A DNA stretch of 64,000 bases. Source: Spirochaetaceae bacterium (GTDB lineage: Bacteria > Spirochaetota > Spirochaetia > DSM-2461). Below are positions 9,930 to 20,951 of this stretch, piece after piece. The notes beneath the pieces were generated by a model. That model was not told the DNA's origin, searched no databases, and was given only the letters and a program-made list of their open reading frames with translations. Position numbers and translations under genes: made by a program. The stretch lies in the NCBI GenBank assembly GCA_051531975.1, contig JAOPTT010000006.1, forward strand, positions 622,977-686,976, read 5' to 3'. Every line of letters begins with the position of its first letter. The stretch's first letter is position 1.

Positions 9930-10292
9930 ATGAATAGTTTAAACTCGATTTTATTAGAAGGTACTCTAATAGAAGATCCTGATGAATCAAGCACAGATAA
10001 TGATGCTATGGTATGCTCATTTTCAATTATGGCCAATAGATCCTATAAGAAGGAAAAAGATCTAATTCAAGAAGAATCATACTTCCCAATAGAAGTATAT
10101 TCTAATATCGCTGAAGCGTGTCTTAAACATTTACACAAAGGTAGAGGTGTCAGAGTTGTTGGAAGACTGAAACAGGACAGATGGTTGGATGAAAATGAAA
10201 ACCAACTCTCCCAAATAAAGATTATCGCTGAACATGTGGAATTTAAGCCTATTGTGGTTCCGGGAGATCAGGTTTTGGATAAGGCTGTTTAA
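9930..10292 (+). CDS. ssb: Single-stranded DNA-binding protein (short form)
   Basis: LNSILLEG.L, FSIMANR, KGRGVRVVGRLKQDRW, IIAEHVEF. Confidence 0.9.
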   Translation: MNSLNSILLEGTLIEDPDESSTDNDAMVCSFSIMANRSYKKEKDLIQEESYFPIEVYSNIAEACLKHLHKGRGVRVVGRLKQDRWLDENENQLSQIKIIAEHVEFKPIVVPGDQVLDKAV

Positions 10293-10314
10293 TCAGTTTG
10301 ATTCATTGCGTATT

Positions 10315-10348
10315 ATGGTTCACTGCGAAGAGGTGGATCATTTTTTTT
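10315..10348 (+). terminator. Probable intrinsic terminator after ssb
   Basis: Imperfect stem followed by a long T-tract. Confidence 0.5.
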
Positions 10349-10571
10349 AGTTTTGGATTGTTTCTACTAGTAAGAGATTAAAAACGTATTTCCTATAATG
10401 AGAATCATATCGACTTTTAATTTTTGCTTTCTCCAAAAAAGCAAACTCTTTTCCATTTAGAAACTTCATATATATAAATATTCCTAAACGCTACTAACAT
10501 GTCCATATTACTTTTTTTTAAGAAACTCAAATATCTATGAACTTATCAAAGTTTTATTTGAACTTAAAATC

Positions 10572-10600
10572 TTGACAACTGAAATCATATATCTTATATT
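10572..10600 (+). promoter_or_regulatory. Sigma70-like promoter
   Basis: TTGACA-17 bp-TATATT. Confidence 0.6.
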
Positions 10601-10726
10601 TTAATTATTGGATGAGAAGCTTGCTATTTAATAATAGCGTCCCTATTTCGTGCGATACGAAAGACCCCACGTCCAAATATAAATCTAAAGGGGGTCAGGA
10701 TTCCATGAGAAAACTCAGGAAACCTT

Positions 10727-12466
10727 TTGACTATGATATTAATTAATCCAGAAAATTCTTACAGTAACAACATTGCAGGAAAAGTAGGTCCTGTAATTAA
10801 TAAAAGTTATCTTTCAACTGATGTATGTAATTGGTTAACAAATCTTTTATCATCATTTTATGAAGACAATCTCGATGAAGCTATGATTATTGCTAATTTT
10901 AACAACATTCTTGGTGGAGATAATACTATACCAGAAAATTATAAATTATTCCTATTGTTTTGTGCAGTTAAGGGACTGATAAAATCTCCCAATCATCCTT
11001 TTTCTGAAAATGAACATTTGGCTAACAACATCTTCCAATATTTGAATGAATCATACAATACTGATTTCAACTCATTTGCATACACCCTCATTATTGAGGA
11101 AAGAAAAAGAAAAAATGAAAATCGTCTACCTATTTTTATCAATTCCTTGAACATTGCAATCTATCTTTATAGTCAAAAACTAATTGATTATAGAAATTTT
11201 ATCAAATTAGAGAACATCTCAAATACATTCTATAAATTATGTAGTCACAGGAACTACTGGACTTTTGAGGATTTTACAATTGATACAGATATATATGACC
11301 AGTTACTAGATTGGGGATTTTGGTTACGTGTACTTAGAGAAGTTTTACCAGAAGATGAATTTAATAGAGTCTATGATGTAGTTGATTTGACTTTCCTAAA
11401 TAATTACCTGATAAATGAACAGGGGAACACTCTTTTCCATTATACTGAAGCTTACATATCAAATGTTTTGAATGTTGCTGACTACCAGGTAGATAGACAT
11501 TTAATTGATCCTGAATATATATGGTTATTCAAGAAGCAAATTAAGTATTTTAATATTTTACATGACCAGTTTAATAGAATTAAATTTAATAATGATAACC
11601 TAAGGGTTTTACTAAAAGTTTCTCATATTGCATATAGAAGCAACCCACAACAACTTCCAGAAGAAATTAAAAAAGAACTACTATTTCAAAGTAAAAAAAA
11701 TATTGGTAATTATCGGTCTATGTTAAAAGATGCGAATACAACAGCAGTAAGTTATAAAACGAACATGGATACAGTTAATGAAGCTATAAATTTCATCGCA
11801 TATTTTGAATCTCCTTCAAAGGCAGTTATCCAACTAATTCAACTTCTACGCAATTTTGAAGGTATTTCTATAAATGATGACTTAACTTTTGAATATATCA
11901 AACAGTTTGACATGCCTTTCGCCATGCCCTTTAATTCCCAACAATTTTATGATCAAGAACCACCACAAAATAACAATTGGATTATTAGTAAAATAGAATG
12001 GATAATTACTACCTTTTTTGAGTTCAATGATTCCGATATAGATCAAGCAAGAAAAGAGTTAACAAAATTTTTCGGTAGCAGGCTAAAAACAAATAAAAAA
12101 ACAAAATCTCCAAGGGACAAAGACTTTATTGAGCCTGATTCAATATGGAGAGTAGTATATGTTTGCTGTATAAGAGCACTTCACTGTAATCCTGGAGGAA
12201 AATTCCATCAGATTCTATACTTTTCCTGTAATCATGATTCTAGTGAAGATGTAAGAACTGAGGCAAGTAAGGCTTATAAAGAAATTAGACATAATAATCC
12301 TCTACCATCAGATATGGAACGAGTATTAACACTTAGAAGAGTTTTCTGGTATCTAAGACAAGCATATAATGTTTCTTTATTAGGAATCGATAAACTTGAT
12401 ACCAGAGGTGCACAACGTACCTACTCAAAGGAGGTAGAACGATGTAAAGCACGGATGAAGAAATAA
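10727..12466 (+). CDS. Hypothetical 579-aa helical protein
   Basis: Long ORF with promoter; no family confidently recognised. Confidence 0.75.
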   Translation: MTMILINPENSYSNNIAGKVGPVINKSYLSTDVCNWLTNLLSSFYEDNLDEAMIIANFNNILGGDNTIPENYKLFLLFCAVKGLIKSPNHPFSENEHLANNIFQYLNESYNTDFNSFAYTLIIEERKRKNENRLPIFINSLNIAIYLYSQKLIDYRNFIKLENISNTFYKLCSHRNYWTFEDFTIDTDIYDQLLDWGFWLRVLREVLPEDEFNRVYDVVDLTFLNNYLINEQGNTLFHYTEAYISNVLNVADYQVDRHLIDPEYIWLFKKQIKYFNILHDQFNRIKFNNDNLRVLLKVSHIAYRSNPQQLPEEIKKELLFQSKKNIGNYRSMLKDANTTAVSYKTNMDTVNEAINFIAYFESPSKAVIQLIQLLRNFEGISINDDLTFEYIKQFDMPFAMPFNSQQFYDQEPPQNNNWIISKIEWIITTFFEFNDSDIDQARKELTKFFGSRLKTNKKTKSPRDKDFIEPDSIWRVVYVCCIRALHCNPGGKFHQILYFSCNHDSSEDVRTEASKAYKEIRHNNPLPSDMERVLTLRRVFWYLRQAYNVSLLGIDKLDTRGAQRTYSKEVERCKARMKK

Positions 12467-12564
12467 GCATTAACAATGGCTTGAGAATCCAATATTCTCC
12501 AACCTCTTTCTGAGGGCCATAGAAACAAACCTATAGAAAACCAATGAAATTAGGAGCGTTTGTT

Positions 12565-12840
12565 ATGTTTGGAAATAACACAACTCACAAAATACATATC
12601 ACTTATACAAATCACGCAAAAGAAAGAATAGTTCAGAGAGGAATTTCATCTCAAGCTATTGAATTAACAAGAAAGTACGGTACAGAAACAATGACAGATA
12701 TATCAAAAATAGTCACTGTTGATTATGGAGCCTGCTCTATTGCAGAAGAAGATGGAATTGATTTATACCCATATTTTTCAACGACAATTGTAGTCTCAAT
12801 GGATAATGTTCTTAAGACTGCATATTACCATAATATATAA
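12565..12840 (+). CDS. DUF4258-like small protein
   Basis: YTNHAKERIVQRGIS motif; ATG at 12565 after GGAG. Confidence 0.6.
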   Translation: MFGNNTTHKIHITYTNHAKERIVQRGISSQAIELTRKYGTETMTDISKIVTVDYGACSIAEEDGIDLYPYFSTTIVVSMDNVLKTAYYHNI

Positions 12841-12982
12841 GATCTTTATTTGGTGGAGAGTGCTTCACTCCCACCATTTTTTATCATGCTTTATTAGAAC
12901 TTCTCACCCCACACCACAAATTATAAATTAAAATTGAATTTATATTAATCCTTTCTCTATAAAAGATGTAAGGAGAACAAAA

Positions 12983-13225
12983 ATGACAGAGAAAGAATTA
13001 TTATTTGAATTACAGTGTTATAAGATGGCTTTTAATCCCGGTTGTGATATCCATAATCAATCCATTAAAGAACTTGCGGAGTTTATTACGCTACAGGCTG
13101 AGATAAGAACATCAGATAGTACAATAGAATTTAAGACGGCACCTGTTTTGGAATTCTTTGATGACATAATTATAGATGATATGAGAGAAAATATTCTAAG
13201 GATGAATGAAATTATTACTACATGA
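12983..13225 (+). CDS. Small hypothetical protein, paralogue of 18160..18411
   Basis: MTEKEL..EL..YK...NP.CDI.N...KE.AEF shared; AAGGAG RBS. Confidence 0.75.
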   Translation: MTEKELLFELQCYKMAFNPGCDIHNQSIKELAEFITLQAEIRTSDSTIEFKTAPVLEFFDDIIIDDMRENILRMNEIITT

Positions 13226-13483
13226 GGTATTCTGAGAGGATCTTGGATATTTTAATGTATCTATATTATGCCAGTAAGACTGTTTATATCAATGTGGCCT
13301 TTGCTCGTAAAGATAATCAAAGACAGCTAAGATGAAAGCTATTCTTAGCCTAGGAAATACGGCTGATCCTGTGTTTGTCTTTTTTCTTAATGTACCTCCA
13401 TTTTTCATGGAGTATAAATCAGATTTGGAATTCTACAAGGTGGAGTTAATTACCGCTTACCTAGTAATAAATATATTTATAAA

Positions 13484-16174
13484 TTATTCAAAATAATTTT
13501 CGTTAAGAATATCATTTATTTCATCTATAAAAGGAAAGTCAGACGAAGAGAACTCATTTATAAATGATTTTAATTGTTGTGTTAGTATTTCAATTATTTT
13601 ATTTTCACTTTTGATTAATAACAAAGATCTAGCGAATGCCAACGTAAACAAAAAACGTGAAAAAGTTTTCCTACATTCATAATGATGATAAAATATGTCC
13701 TCTATTGAGTTATAGTATTCATTTGAAAATTCAATACAATTCATATAAGATTTAGTGACATATAACCAACTTATTGCTGTTAGATATTTCTTACTTCTTT
13801 TATCAGAAGAGTAATAGACTTCCTTATTATTAAAAATAGTAAAAGCTTTTTTCATCTCCTTCTGATCATTATCAGATAAAGATTTAAATAAAGAATATTC
13901 ACCTTTTAGTTGATAATATTCAGTATCAATCATTGACTCACCTATTAAATACTCCCTTGAATTATATATTTCTTCAATATTGTTAAGTATTGACTTAGCG
14001 TCACGAAAATTATTTTTCCATATTTGGATTCGACATAGTGATTGTAAAGGCATTAAATAATAGCGATCATTATTTCGTTTTAATTCATTATAAATTATTA
14101 ATGATTTTTTTATATGCTTTTCTGCTAACTCCAATTTACCAATTTCTACATAATGATAACCTAGATTATTATGGTATCTTGCAATAGAAAATAAATCATT
14201 GCTAATTATTGCACTATTTAGAGCTTTCGTCTTATAGAGTTCTGCCTCAGAATATTTAGCTAATGATCCAAGACTACCCCCAATATTATCTGAAATATTC
14301 ATTGAAACCCTATAATATTGGTCATTCCGTTTATTCTTATTTACTTTATTAAGAATTCTATAAGCATCTTTTTTTAATTTTAAAGCAGCTTCATGTCCTT
14401 TTAATAAACCAATAGTATAGGCGTATCTGGAAATATACGACGCTTTTAAAGGATCAGAGTCTTTCATATGTTTTAGTACTAGTTTATACCCAATTTTTTT
14501 ATATTTTAAAGATACTTCATAGTTCTTTGCTGCTCCATAAACAGCTCCTAATTCATACAAAAATAAAATCTGATAAGTTATATAATCGTATTTCTCAGTA
14601 AGTCCAACAGCAAATTCAAACTTCATTATTATTGGTTCTATATTAGAAAAAGAGTCATAAGCAGCAGTTGAGTTTTCTATAATATAAATAATTTTATCCA
14701 CTAAATCAGGGTTTGAAATTAATTCTTTATTTATTATATCTTTATAATATTCTATAAAATACATAATATAGTTGTGATTTAATAAATAAATCTCGCTCTT
14801 AATCCACTGAGTTAATGATTCATAATTGATATCGTTAGAAATTCGTAGGTAGTCTAAAAATATTCTTTTTTTATCATTAAAAAATGTATTATCAAAAGCA
14901 GATAAAAAAATATTGTGACAGTTATACTCAGCATTGTCTCCTAATGTGTTTTGCTTAAGTATACCAATACGGATTAGGGAGTGTATAACTTCATCAATAT
15001 TGACTAGTAAATTAGTATGTTTTTTAATACATTTTAAGATCTCATATTTGATATTACCACCTGTAGTGAATAATATAATAACTAGTATAATATATCCATT
15101 ATTCAAAATATCAATATTTGATGAAATCTGTGTTATATGCATGACTAAGTCATGAATTGTTGTATATCCATCATTTTCTAGTGAAAATGATGGTGGTAAA
15201 CTTGGTAATGTAGCAAAACTATCATCAATGATAGTTTTTAATAAATCATTACCAGTTGTAATATAATATTCTTCTATTGTTTTTGAATAATAACTAATTA
15301 ACTTAGGATGAGAACCTAATTTATTTATCAATAAATCTAAATAATATTCATTGTTTAGTACTTTATGATATTCTAATGCATTTGAATAAAATAATTGTCT
15401 AGCCTCTAACTTTGAAATACTTTCAATACTATAATAATAAACATTATTATTAGGAACATTACCAAACCATTGTCTAGATGTTAAAATGACTTTCCATACA
15501 TCTCTATTTAGTCCCATGATTATGTCAGGGGGGAATTTAGAATTAGAACTAATATTATCTATAATAAGAAGATTTGGTCCAGGTGTTCTTGAGTTTAGAA
15601 AATCTAATATATCAGTTGTTGTTTCTAATCTATATGAAGAAAACCTACTAAGATACTGAGAAAGAGTAGTTAAAATATCTGTACCTTGTATATCAACATA
15701 TATACGATGTACAAAATACTCTTTTTTCCCATAATAAATTAGACCTGCTAATGTTGTTTTACCCCAACCCCCAATTCCTTGTAGGAATAGGATATGATAC
15801 TTATTAAATTTTTTAAAAAGCAGACTCACAATTTCTTTTCGTTGAAGCTCTGATAGGTTATTCCCAGAAATCGGACGCTCTCCTAATTCATTTATATTAT
15901 ATCCATATTTTTCTACACCAACTTTGAATCGCATTACGTTATCTCTAAGTTTTCCAACAGGAATAATTTTACTATCAAACCATGTCCTAATATAATTCCA
16001 GTCTTTAACATCAAAAATATCTATTAAAATTCTTCTCATGTTTCTTGGTGGATAAAAATCATCAGACTGAGATGGTTTATGTGTATCCGAATTACTATCA
16101 ATTTGGTTATAGTACCACAGGATAAAATCATGTATTATTTGAGAACTTCTATTTCTATTTTTAATTAACTTCAT
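13484..16174 (-). CDS. NB-ARC/STAND ATPase with C-terminal TPRs (NLR-like)
   Basis: GIGGWGKTTLA Walker A, LLIIDN Walker B, ILTSR sensor, LGSHPK (GxP), TPRs such as ARYHNNLGYHY..G...AE. Confidence 0.85.
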   Translation of the reverse strand: MKLIKNRNRSSQIIHDFILWYYNQIDSNSDTHKPSQSDDFYPPRNMRRILIDIFDVKDWNYIRTWFDSKIIPVGKLRDNVMRFKVGVEKYGYNINELGERPISGNNLSELQRKEIVSLLFKKFNKYHILFLQGIGGWGKTTLAGLIYYGKKEYFVHRIYVDIQGTDILTTLSQYLSRFSSYRLETTTDILDFLNSRTPGPNLLIIDNISSNSKFPPDIIMGLNRDVWKVILTSRQWFGNVPNNNVYYYSIESISKLEARQLFYSNALEYHKVLNNEYYLDLLINKLGSHPKLISYYSKTIEEYYITTGNDLLKTIIDDSFATLPSLPPSFSLENDGYTTIHDLVMHITQISSNIDILNNGYIILVIILFTTGGNIKYEILKCIKKHTNLLVNIDEVIHSLIRIGILKQNTLGDNAEYNCHNIFLSAFDNTFFNDKKRIFLDYLRISNDINYESLTQWIKSEIYLLNHNYIMYFIEYYKDIINKELISNPDLVDKIIYIIENSTAAYDSFSNIEPIIMKFEFAVGLTEKYDYITYQILFLYELGAVYGAAKNYEVSLKYKKIGYKLVLKHMKDSDPLKASYISRYAYTIGLLKGHEAALKLKKDAYRILNKVNKNKRNDQYYRVSMNISDNIGGSLGSLAKYSEAELYKTKALNSAIISNDLFSIARYHNNLGYHYVEIGKLELAEKHIKKSLIIYNELKRNNDRYYLMPLQSLCRIQIWKNNFRDAKSILNNIEEIYNSREYLIGESMIDTEYYQLKGEYSLFKSLSDNDQKEMKKAFTIFNNKEVYYSSDKRSKKYLTAISWLYVTKSYMNCIEFSNEYYNSIEDIFYHHYECRKTFSRFLFTLAFARSLLLIKSENKIIEILTQQLKSFINEFSSSDFPFIDEINDILNENYFE

Positions 16175-16294
16175 AATAGTATTATATACATTTATTTAAT
16201 ATTTACCAAAATCCCCAAAAAATCCCTAAAGTTGATACTTTACACCTATTAATATCGTTCATACAATAATTATATATTGTAGAAAATATTATAA

Positions 16295-16786
16295 ATGGAG
16301 ATTTTAATGAAAAAGATTAGTGTATTTTTTATGTTAGCAATTTTGCTCATATCGTGCAAAAATTCTACTGATGATGAAATGAATGGATTCCGTGAACTTG
16401 CAGATAACGAACAATTAATTACAGCAACTGCTGTAATATCTAAGTCAGATGTACCTCAAAACCTAGATATTTTAATCATAGCAACAGGAACAACATTCTC
16501 TTCAGTAGATAGCGGTTATACCTTAATGACCTATGAGGATATTCTAGAATTCCCAGGTACTGAATTGCAGCTGTATTATAGTTCTGTCTTCACTTATAGA
16601 GATTATTCTCGGGTGCTAGAGGCAGAAAGTGGAAATCTAATAGCTTCTCTCGGTCTGGTTAGGGTTATTGATGAGTTACCAACTCCAATATTTGGGTCTG
16701 ATCCTGGTGTAAAATATTCTGTGCAAATAAATGGAATAACTTTTAGTTGTATTGATGACGTGATTTGGACTGATGAAGGTCTATAA
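16295..16786 (+). CDS. Putative lipoprotein
   Basis: MKKISVFFMLAILLISC lipobox (likely start 16307). Confidence 0.7.
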   Translation: MEILMKKISVFFMLAILLISCKNSTDDEMNGFRELADNEQLITATAVISKSDVPQNLDILIIATGTTFSSVDSGYTLMTYEDILEFPGTELQLYYSSVFTYRDYSRVLEAESGNLIASLGLVRVIDELPTPIFGSDPGVKYSVQINGITFSCIDDVIWTDEGL

Positions 16787-16912
16787 AGTTAGCCTGATAG
16801 ATGACATCACGGCATCTGTCTTTAATTTTATTCGTATCATTGCAATGTATTATCTACTTTTTACAACTAGACTAGGATTTATCGACAATTAATTACAGTA
16901 AAGGAAAGAATT

Positions 16913-17425
16913 ATGAAAAAAATAAAATCATGGAGTTTTTTAATGGCACTTATATTCGTATGTTCAACTTTATCTTATTCCCATCAGAATGATGGTTATC
17001 TGATGGAATATGAAAGAACAGTTGAAACTTATTTGGGTGATACTATTTCTGAAAGCCTTGTTTTCAAAACTAATAATAGGCTCTTATATATAGCATCTGA
17101 GGGATACATATATCAGGGTACATTTCGAATTTTAGATTTAAAGTTGATAGATGGTTCTTATGCTCATCAACTACGTATGCATTTTACACTGGGATATCAA
17201 AATAAGAAAGAAGCAGAGAATCTTACTCTTAGAGGTGAAGAAATGAAGCTTGATGTTAATATGCATATAGATTTAAAACCAGATAATAGTATTTTTTATT
17301 TAAACATGAAGGGTATTGGTTATTATAATGATCCATATTTTGCATGCTTTAATGATATGAGATTCTCTGATGTGAAATTCAATTTGAAGCATAAATATGA
17401 TCAGGGATTAAATTTGTATAATTAA
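16913..17425 (+). CDS. Putative secreted protein
   Basis: N-terminal signal peptide MKKIKSWSFLMALIFVCSTLSYS. Confidence 0.7.
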   Translation: MKKIKSWSFLMALIFVCSTLSYSHQNDGYLMEYERTVETYLGDTISESLVFKTNNRLLYIASEGYIYQGTFRILDLKLIDGSYAHQLRMHFTLGYQNKKEAENLTLRGEEMKLDVNMHIDLKPDNSIFYLNMKGIGYYNDPYFACFNDMRFSDVKFNLKHKYDQGLNLYN

Positions 17426-17602
17426 ATAGAAAAAAGATAATATACATCTTTAATTTTCATTCTGAAATTGTAAAAAGAATGTATCTTTGGGCACTTGTAA
17501 AACATAAGGAGTTTGATAATTAGGGACTACAGGTATTCGCTAGTCATAGGGAGTAAATATAACAAACAGTACATAACTTTTTTATTAAGTACATATATAA
17601 TT

Positions 17603-17923
17603 CTACCACTTAAATTTACAATACCTACAATAATTATTATGTTTCTTCTTCAAATTAAAAAACTTATGAATGATACTAGATCCAGTTTTATATTTTGCTT
17701 TACCACACATAGGACAACCATCCTTAACTTTAATAAAATCAGCAGTTTCAAGAAGAGACCTAGCTAATATTTCATCTTCATCACTAACGAATAATTTAAT
17801 ATCAATATTTCCATTACGACTGCTATTTGAAATAAAGCAATCAAGATTCAAAGAATCAAAATATTCTCTAACTCTAAAAGCAGGAAAATCTGATTCATTA
17901 TCTATAATGCAAACTTTTTGCAA
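17603..17923 (-). CDS. DUF2007-like protein with C-terminal zinc ribbon
   Basis: IKLFVSDED...ARSLL followed by CPMC...CRYC..KW; AGGGGG RBS. Confidence 0.55.
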   Translation of the reverse strand: MQKVCIIDNESDFPAFRVREYFDSLNLDCFISNSSRNGNIDIKLFVSDEDEILARSLLETADFIKVKDGCPMCGKAKYKTGSSIIHKFFNLKKKHNNYCRYCKFKW

Positions 17924-18159
17924 TTACTCACCCCTTTTTGATATGTATATTTAACATTACATAATTAGTAAAAGAAGTTATACATATAGGAAGTTATATA
18001 AAAGTTACATTTTGACAGGTATTGATGAAAATTAAGAATCATTATAGCAAACTGCAGATTCTGAATTTATGCTTGCTATACTTTTGATTCATTATTTTTA
18101 TTATTTTTGAATTCTCCTACAAATAACTGATATCTATATAAATTGTAAGGAGATTTAAT

Positions 18160-18411
18160 ATGACTGAAAAAGAACTAGTTTTAGAGTTACATGCCTACAA
18201 AGAAGTAATTAATCCAGATTGTGATATCTATAATCCAACATTAAAGGAAATTGCAGAGTTTATGAATATCTGGTCTGATATGCAATTATATGATGGAAGT
18301 ATTACTAAAGAAGCTCAACCGATAATAGATTCAATGTGCATACTTACACCAAAAGAGATCAAAGATGAACTTGTATCAATTAGAAGAGGTTTTATTAAAT
18401 TAGATAGATAG
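18160..18411 (+). CDS. Small hypothetical protein, paralogue of 12983..13225
   Basis: MTEKELVLELHAYK; TGTAAGGAG RBS context shared with the paralogue. Confidence 0.75.
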   Translation: MTEKELVLELHAYKEVINPDCDIYNPTLKEIAEFMNIWSDMQLYDGSITKEAQPIIDSMCILTPKEIKDELVSIRRGFIKLDR

Positions 18412-18482
18412 AAAGAACTCTATTACTGGTTTACGAATTAATAGTATATTTTTTTGATAATTAAATTGCTAAATTGAGCTTA

Positions 18483-18863
18483 TTAAACTTTTGCATTCTT
18501 CTTGATAATCCTGAAATATATAGCATATGTTGCAAAACAGAAAACTATACTTAACAGTAGATTTACAATAATAGTTCTCATTGGGATCGCAGTATTTTTG
18601 ATTATTAATTTCATTATTATTCCAGCCATTCCTTGAACTGCTCCATAAGAAGACCCAAAGAACATAATTTTCAATGCAAATAAAAGTGATCTAACACTTC
18701 TGTCTCTAGATTTCATACCTATAGAACTTAGTTTTATATTAAAAACAGTATAGATATCATGGTTCTTTATAATCCATCTTTTAAAAAGCTTTTTAGTAAT
18801 TAAGTAGGCAATGATAAATTGACTTACCATAATTAAGGGATAAAATATTGGGCTTTCAAACAT
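18483..18863 (-). CDS. Membrane protein
   Basis: Three hydrophobic segments; AGGAG RBS. Confidence 0.65.
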   Translation of the reverse strand: MFESPIFYPLIMVSQFIIAYLITKKLFKRWIIKNHDIYTVFNIKLSSIGMKSRDRSVRSLLFALKIMFFGSSYGAVQGMAGIIMKLIIKNTAIPMRTIIVNLLLSIVFCFATYAIYFRIIKKNAKV

Positions 18864-18908
18864 TGATGCAATCTCCTGGTTAAAAATATTTACTTAAAAG
18901 AGGCTGAT

Positions 18909-19826
18909 TCACCCACCACAAGTTTTACAAGCAGTACCTGTTTCTTCATTTGTTAAGTATCCTTTCTTAGTTTTCTCATAATACCTGCAACTGGAATTGT
19001 GTCTTGTGTCAGATGATGAGTTTATCCAATACGTTGTTTCAGATATAACTTCTTTAACTTCCTGGGCTTTATCAACTTTATTTGATGCTCTGTACCCTTT
19101 AAATGACCATAAACTGACATCTAAACTACTTTCTAAAGTATTCTCTATACTATCATCAAGAAGAGGATAAAAGTCTATTCCAGTAAGCCCTTCTACGTCA
19201 TCAATAGTTACAGCATACTCTATTAAAGATCTTGAACTCTTCTCATTTGGTAATATAAAACCTATAGCTTTAACTTGATCCCCAGTATAGTCGAGTATAA
19301 CTTTGTAGTAATACTCTGGTACAGCAACTTCATTAGTACCAATTCTAGGATAATTATTCTTTGTTAATACGGGTCCAGTTACAATATAGATGGCTTCATT
19401 TTCTACTGCCCATGTTCTTACATAACTTTCAAGTTTTGACCATATACCCCTATTGAACCCTGGATCTTGAGGACTCATATTTGACATATAGAATGAATCA
19501 GACATAGATGAGGAAGACATCTTCATATCAGCTGCAGGTGCTAAATGTCCCCTATCATACCCAGATCCTTTATAATCTAAAAGACTAGCTGAACCAGTTG
19601 ATATACTAGAATCAGCTTTGAATGAATCTTTTCTAGCTGTAGAGCCTAAAACTTCTTCTCTTGTTAGTTCATAAGCGACCCAATTAGCTTGTTCAAACTT
19701 CTCGTTGTAACTTAATGTGTAATTGTCTCTTTCTATGACCCTACCATCGTTTGCAGGGATCTCAATATTTTGTGAATATAGTGCTCCTTGCAGAATAATT
19801 AATATAAATAATAGTTTCATTTTCAT
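18909..19826 (-). CDS. Secreted DNA/RNA non-specific endonuclease (NucA/EndoG family) with C-terminal Cys/His zinc motif
   Basis: Signal peptide, GYDRGHLAPAAD, SNMSPQ..FN...W..LE, C-terminal H..SC...C..C. Confidence 0.9.
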   Translation of the reverse strand: MKMKLLFILIILQGALYSQNIEIPANDGRVIERDNYTLSYNEKFEQANWVAYELTREEVLGSTARKDSFKADSSISTGSASLLDYKGSGYDRGHLAPAADMKMSSSSMSDSFYMSNMSPQDPGFNRGIWSKLESYVRTWAVENEAIYIVTGPVLTKNNYPRIGTNEVAVPEYYYKVILDYTGDQVKAIGFILPNEKSSRSLIEYAVTIDDVEGLTGIDFYPLLDDSIENTLESSLDVSLWSFKGYRASNKVDKAQEVKEVISETTYWINSSSDTRHNSSCRYYEKTKKGYLTNEETGTACKTCGG

Positions 19827-19977
19827 GGGTTAAGTTTACTCAATTATATTGATTTGGTCTAATTGAAGTTTAAATCATTATCTTATGTAATAAGAACCCG
19901 GAAATCACAGTATTAAACTATGCAATATTTGGGTGGGTTAAGAATGTTATTATATTTTACCGTAAGTCATTTCTTTT

Positions 19978-20184
19978 CTATGAAAGTAGTTCCTCAACAG
20001 TTATATATAAGGCAGAGGCAATTGCACTTAGATCGCTATCGGTAGGAGTTTCTTCATTAAAATCTTCAACTGAATATCTAAAAGTATAATCAAAAAGATT
20101 CAATCTTTCTCCAAAATCGTTATCTGAAAGCCCTGCTACTGATTGATATTTGGCAATGTTTTTTTCTAACTTTTTTAAATTCAT
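19978..20184 (-). CDS. Small XRE-like HTH protein
   Basis: PTDSDLSAIASALYITVEEL resembles an XRE C-terminus. Confidence 0.5.
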   Translation of the reverse strand: MNLKKLEKNIAKYQSVAGLSDNDFGERLNLFDYTFRYSVEDFNEETPTDSDLSAIASALYITVEELLS

Positions 20185-20951
20185 AATTTGTTCCTTAGTT
20201 AATTATATATAATATGAAGCCACTAATCAAACTTATTAAAGTCTGTTACCTTCTCAAAGTACTCCAACATTTCATAGATCCTCTTAGTCTCTTCCATTGC
20301 AGATTGTTTATTCCTATTTTTTGCAACGACGTACCATTTTTTTAGAGTCTCTTTAGCAGATATGACATCTTTACGTTTAGGTTTCTTACTCATAAATAGA
20401 GGTTTAAGGTATTTTGTTTAAATAGTAAACAGATAAATAATAGTAGTTTTAAACAATTACTGGATTAATTGAATATCTACGTCCTAAATTACTAATCGAT
20501 GATAGAGGCTAAAAACTAGAATATCTATCAAGATTACAGCATAATCTAAACAAGTCTATTTAAAGCATTTATTAGTACTAATGATCACCATTACAAAGTA
20601 AGGTCATTCTACTTATTTTTTATGCAGTATCTTTTTTATTAATTCAATTATTATTACTGGAATCATAAATATCATACAACAAATAGATGCAGGTAATAGA
20701 AACATATTCAGTTCTTTGGTTATAGATTGTATTAGTTCCATGATCTGATCCTCCAAGATCTTGCTAGTGACTAGATTTTAACTTGATAAGAACTAATCTG
20801 TACACATAACTAAAGTTATGTATTAACCTATAAAGTCATTTATTTTAGTATTTGCTTGGGATTTATGAGTTATACGATAATTCTAAAAAGGGGTATTTTA
20901 CAACAGAATATGATGGGAAAGAACATAAGACTTTGTGAGGGTTATTTAATT

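Noticed and set aside
10608..10700. Hammerhead ribozyme or retron msr-msd
   Set aside because: GGATGAG...GAAA lacks the CUGAUGA core and correct stems; no RT nearby.
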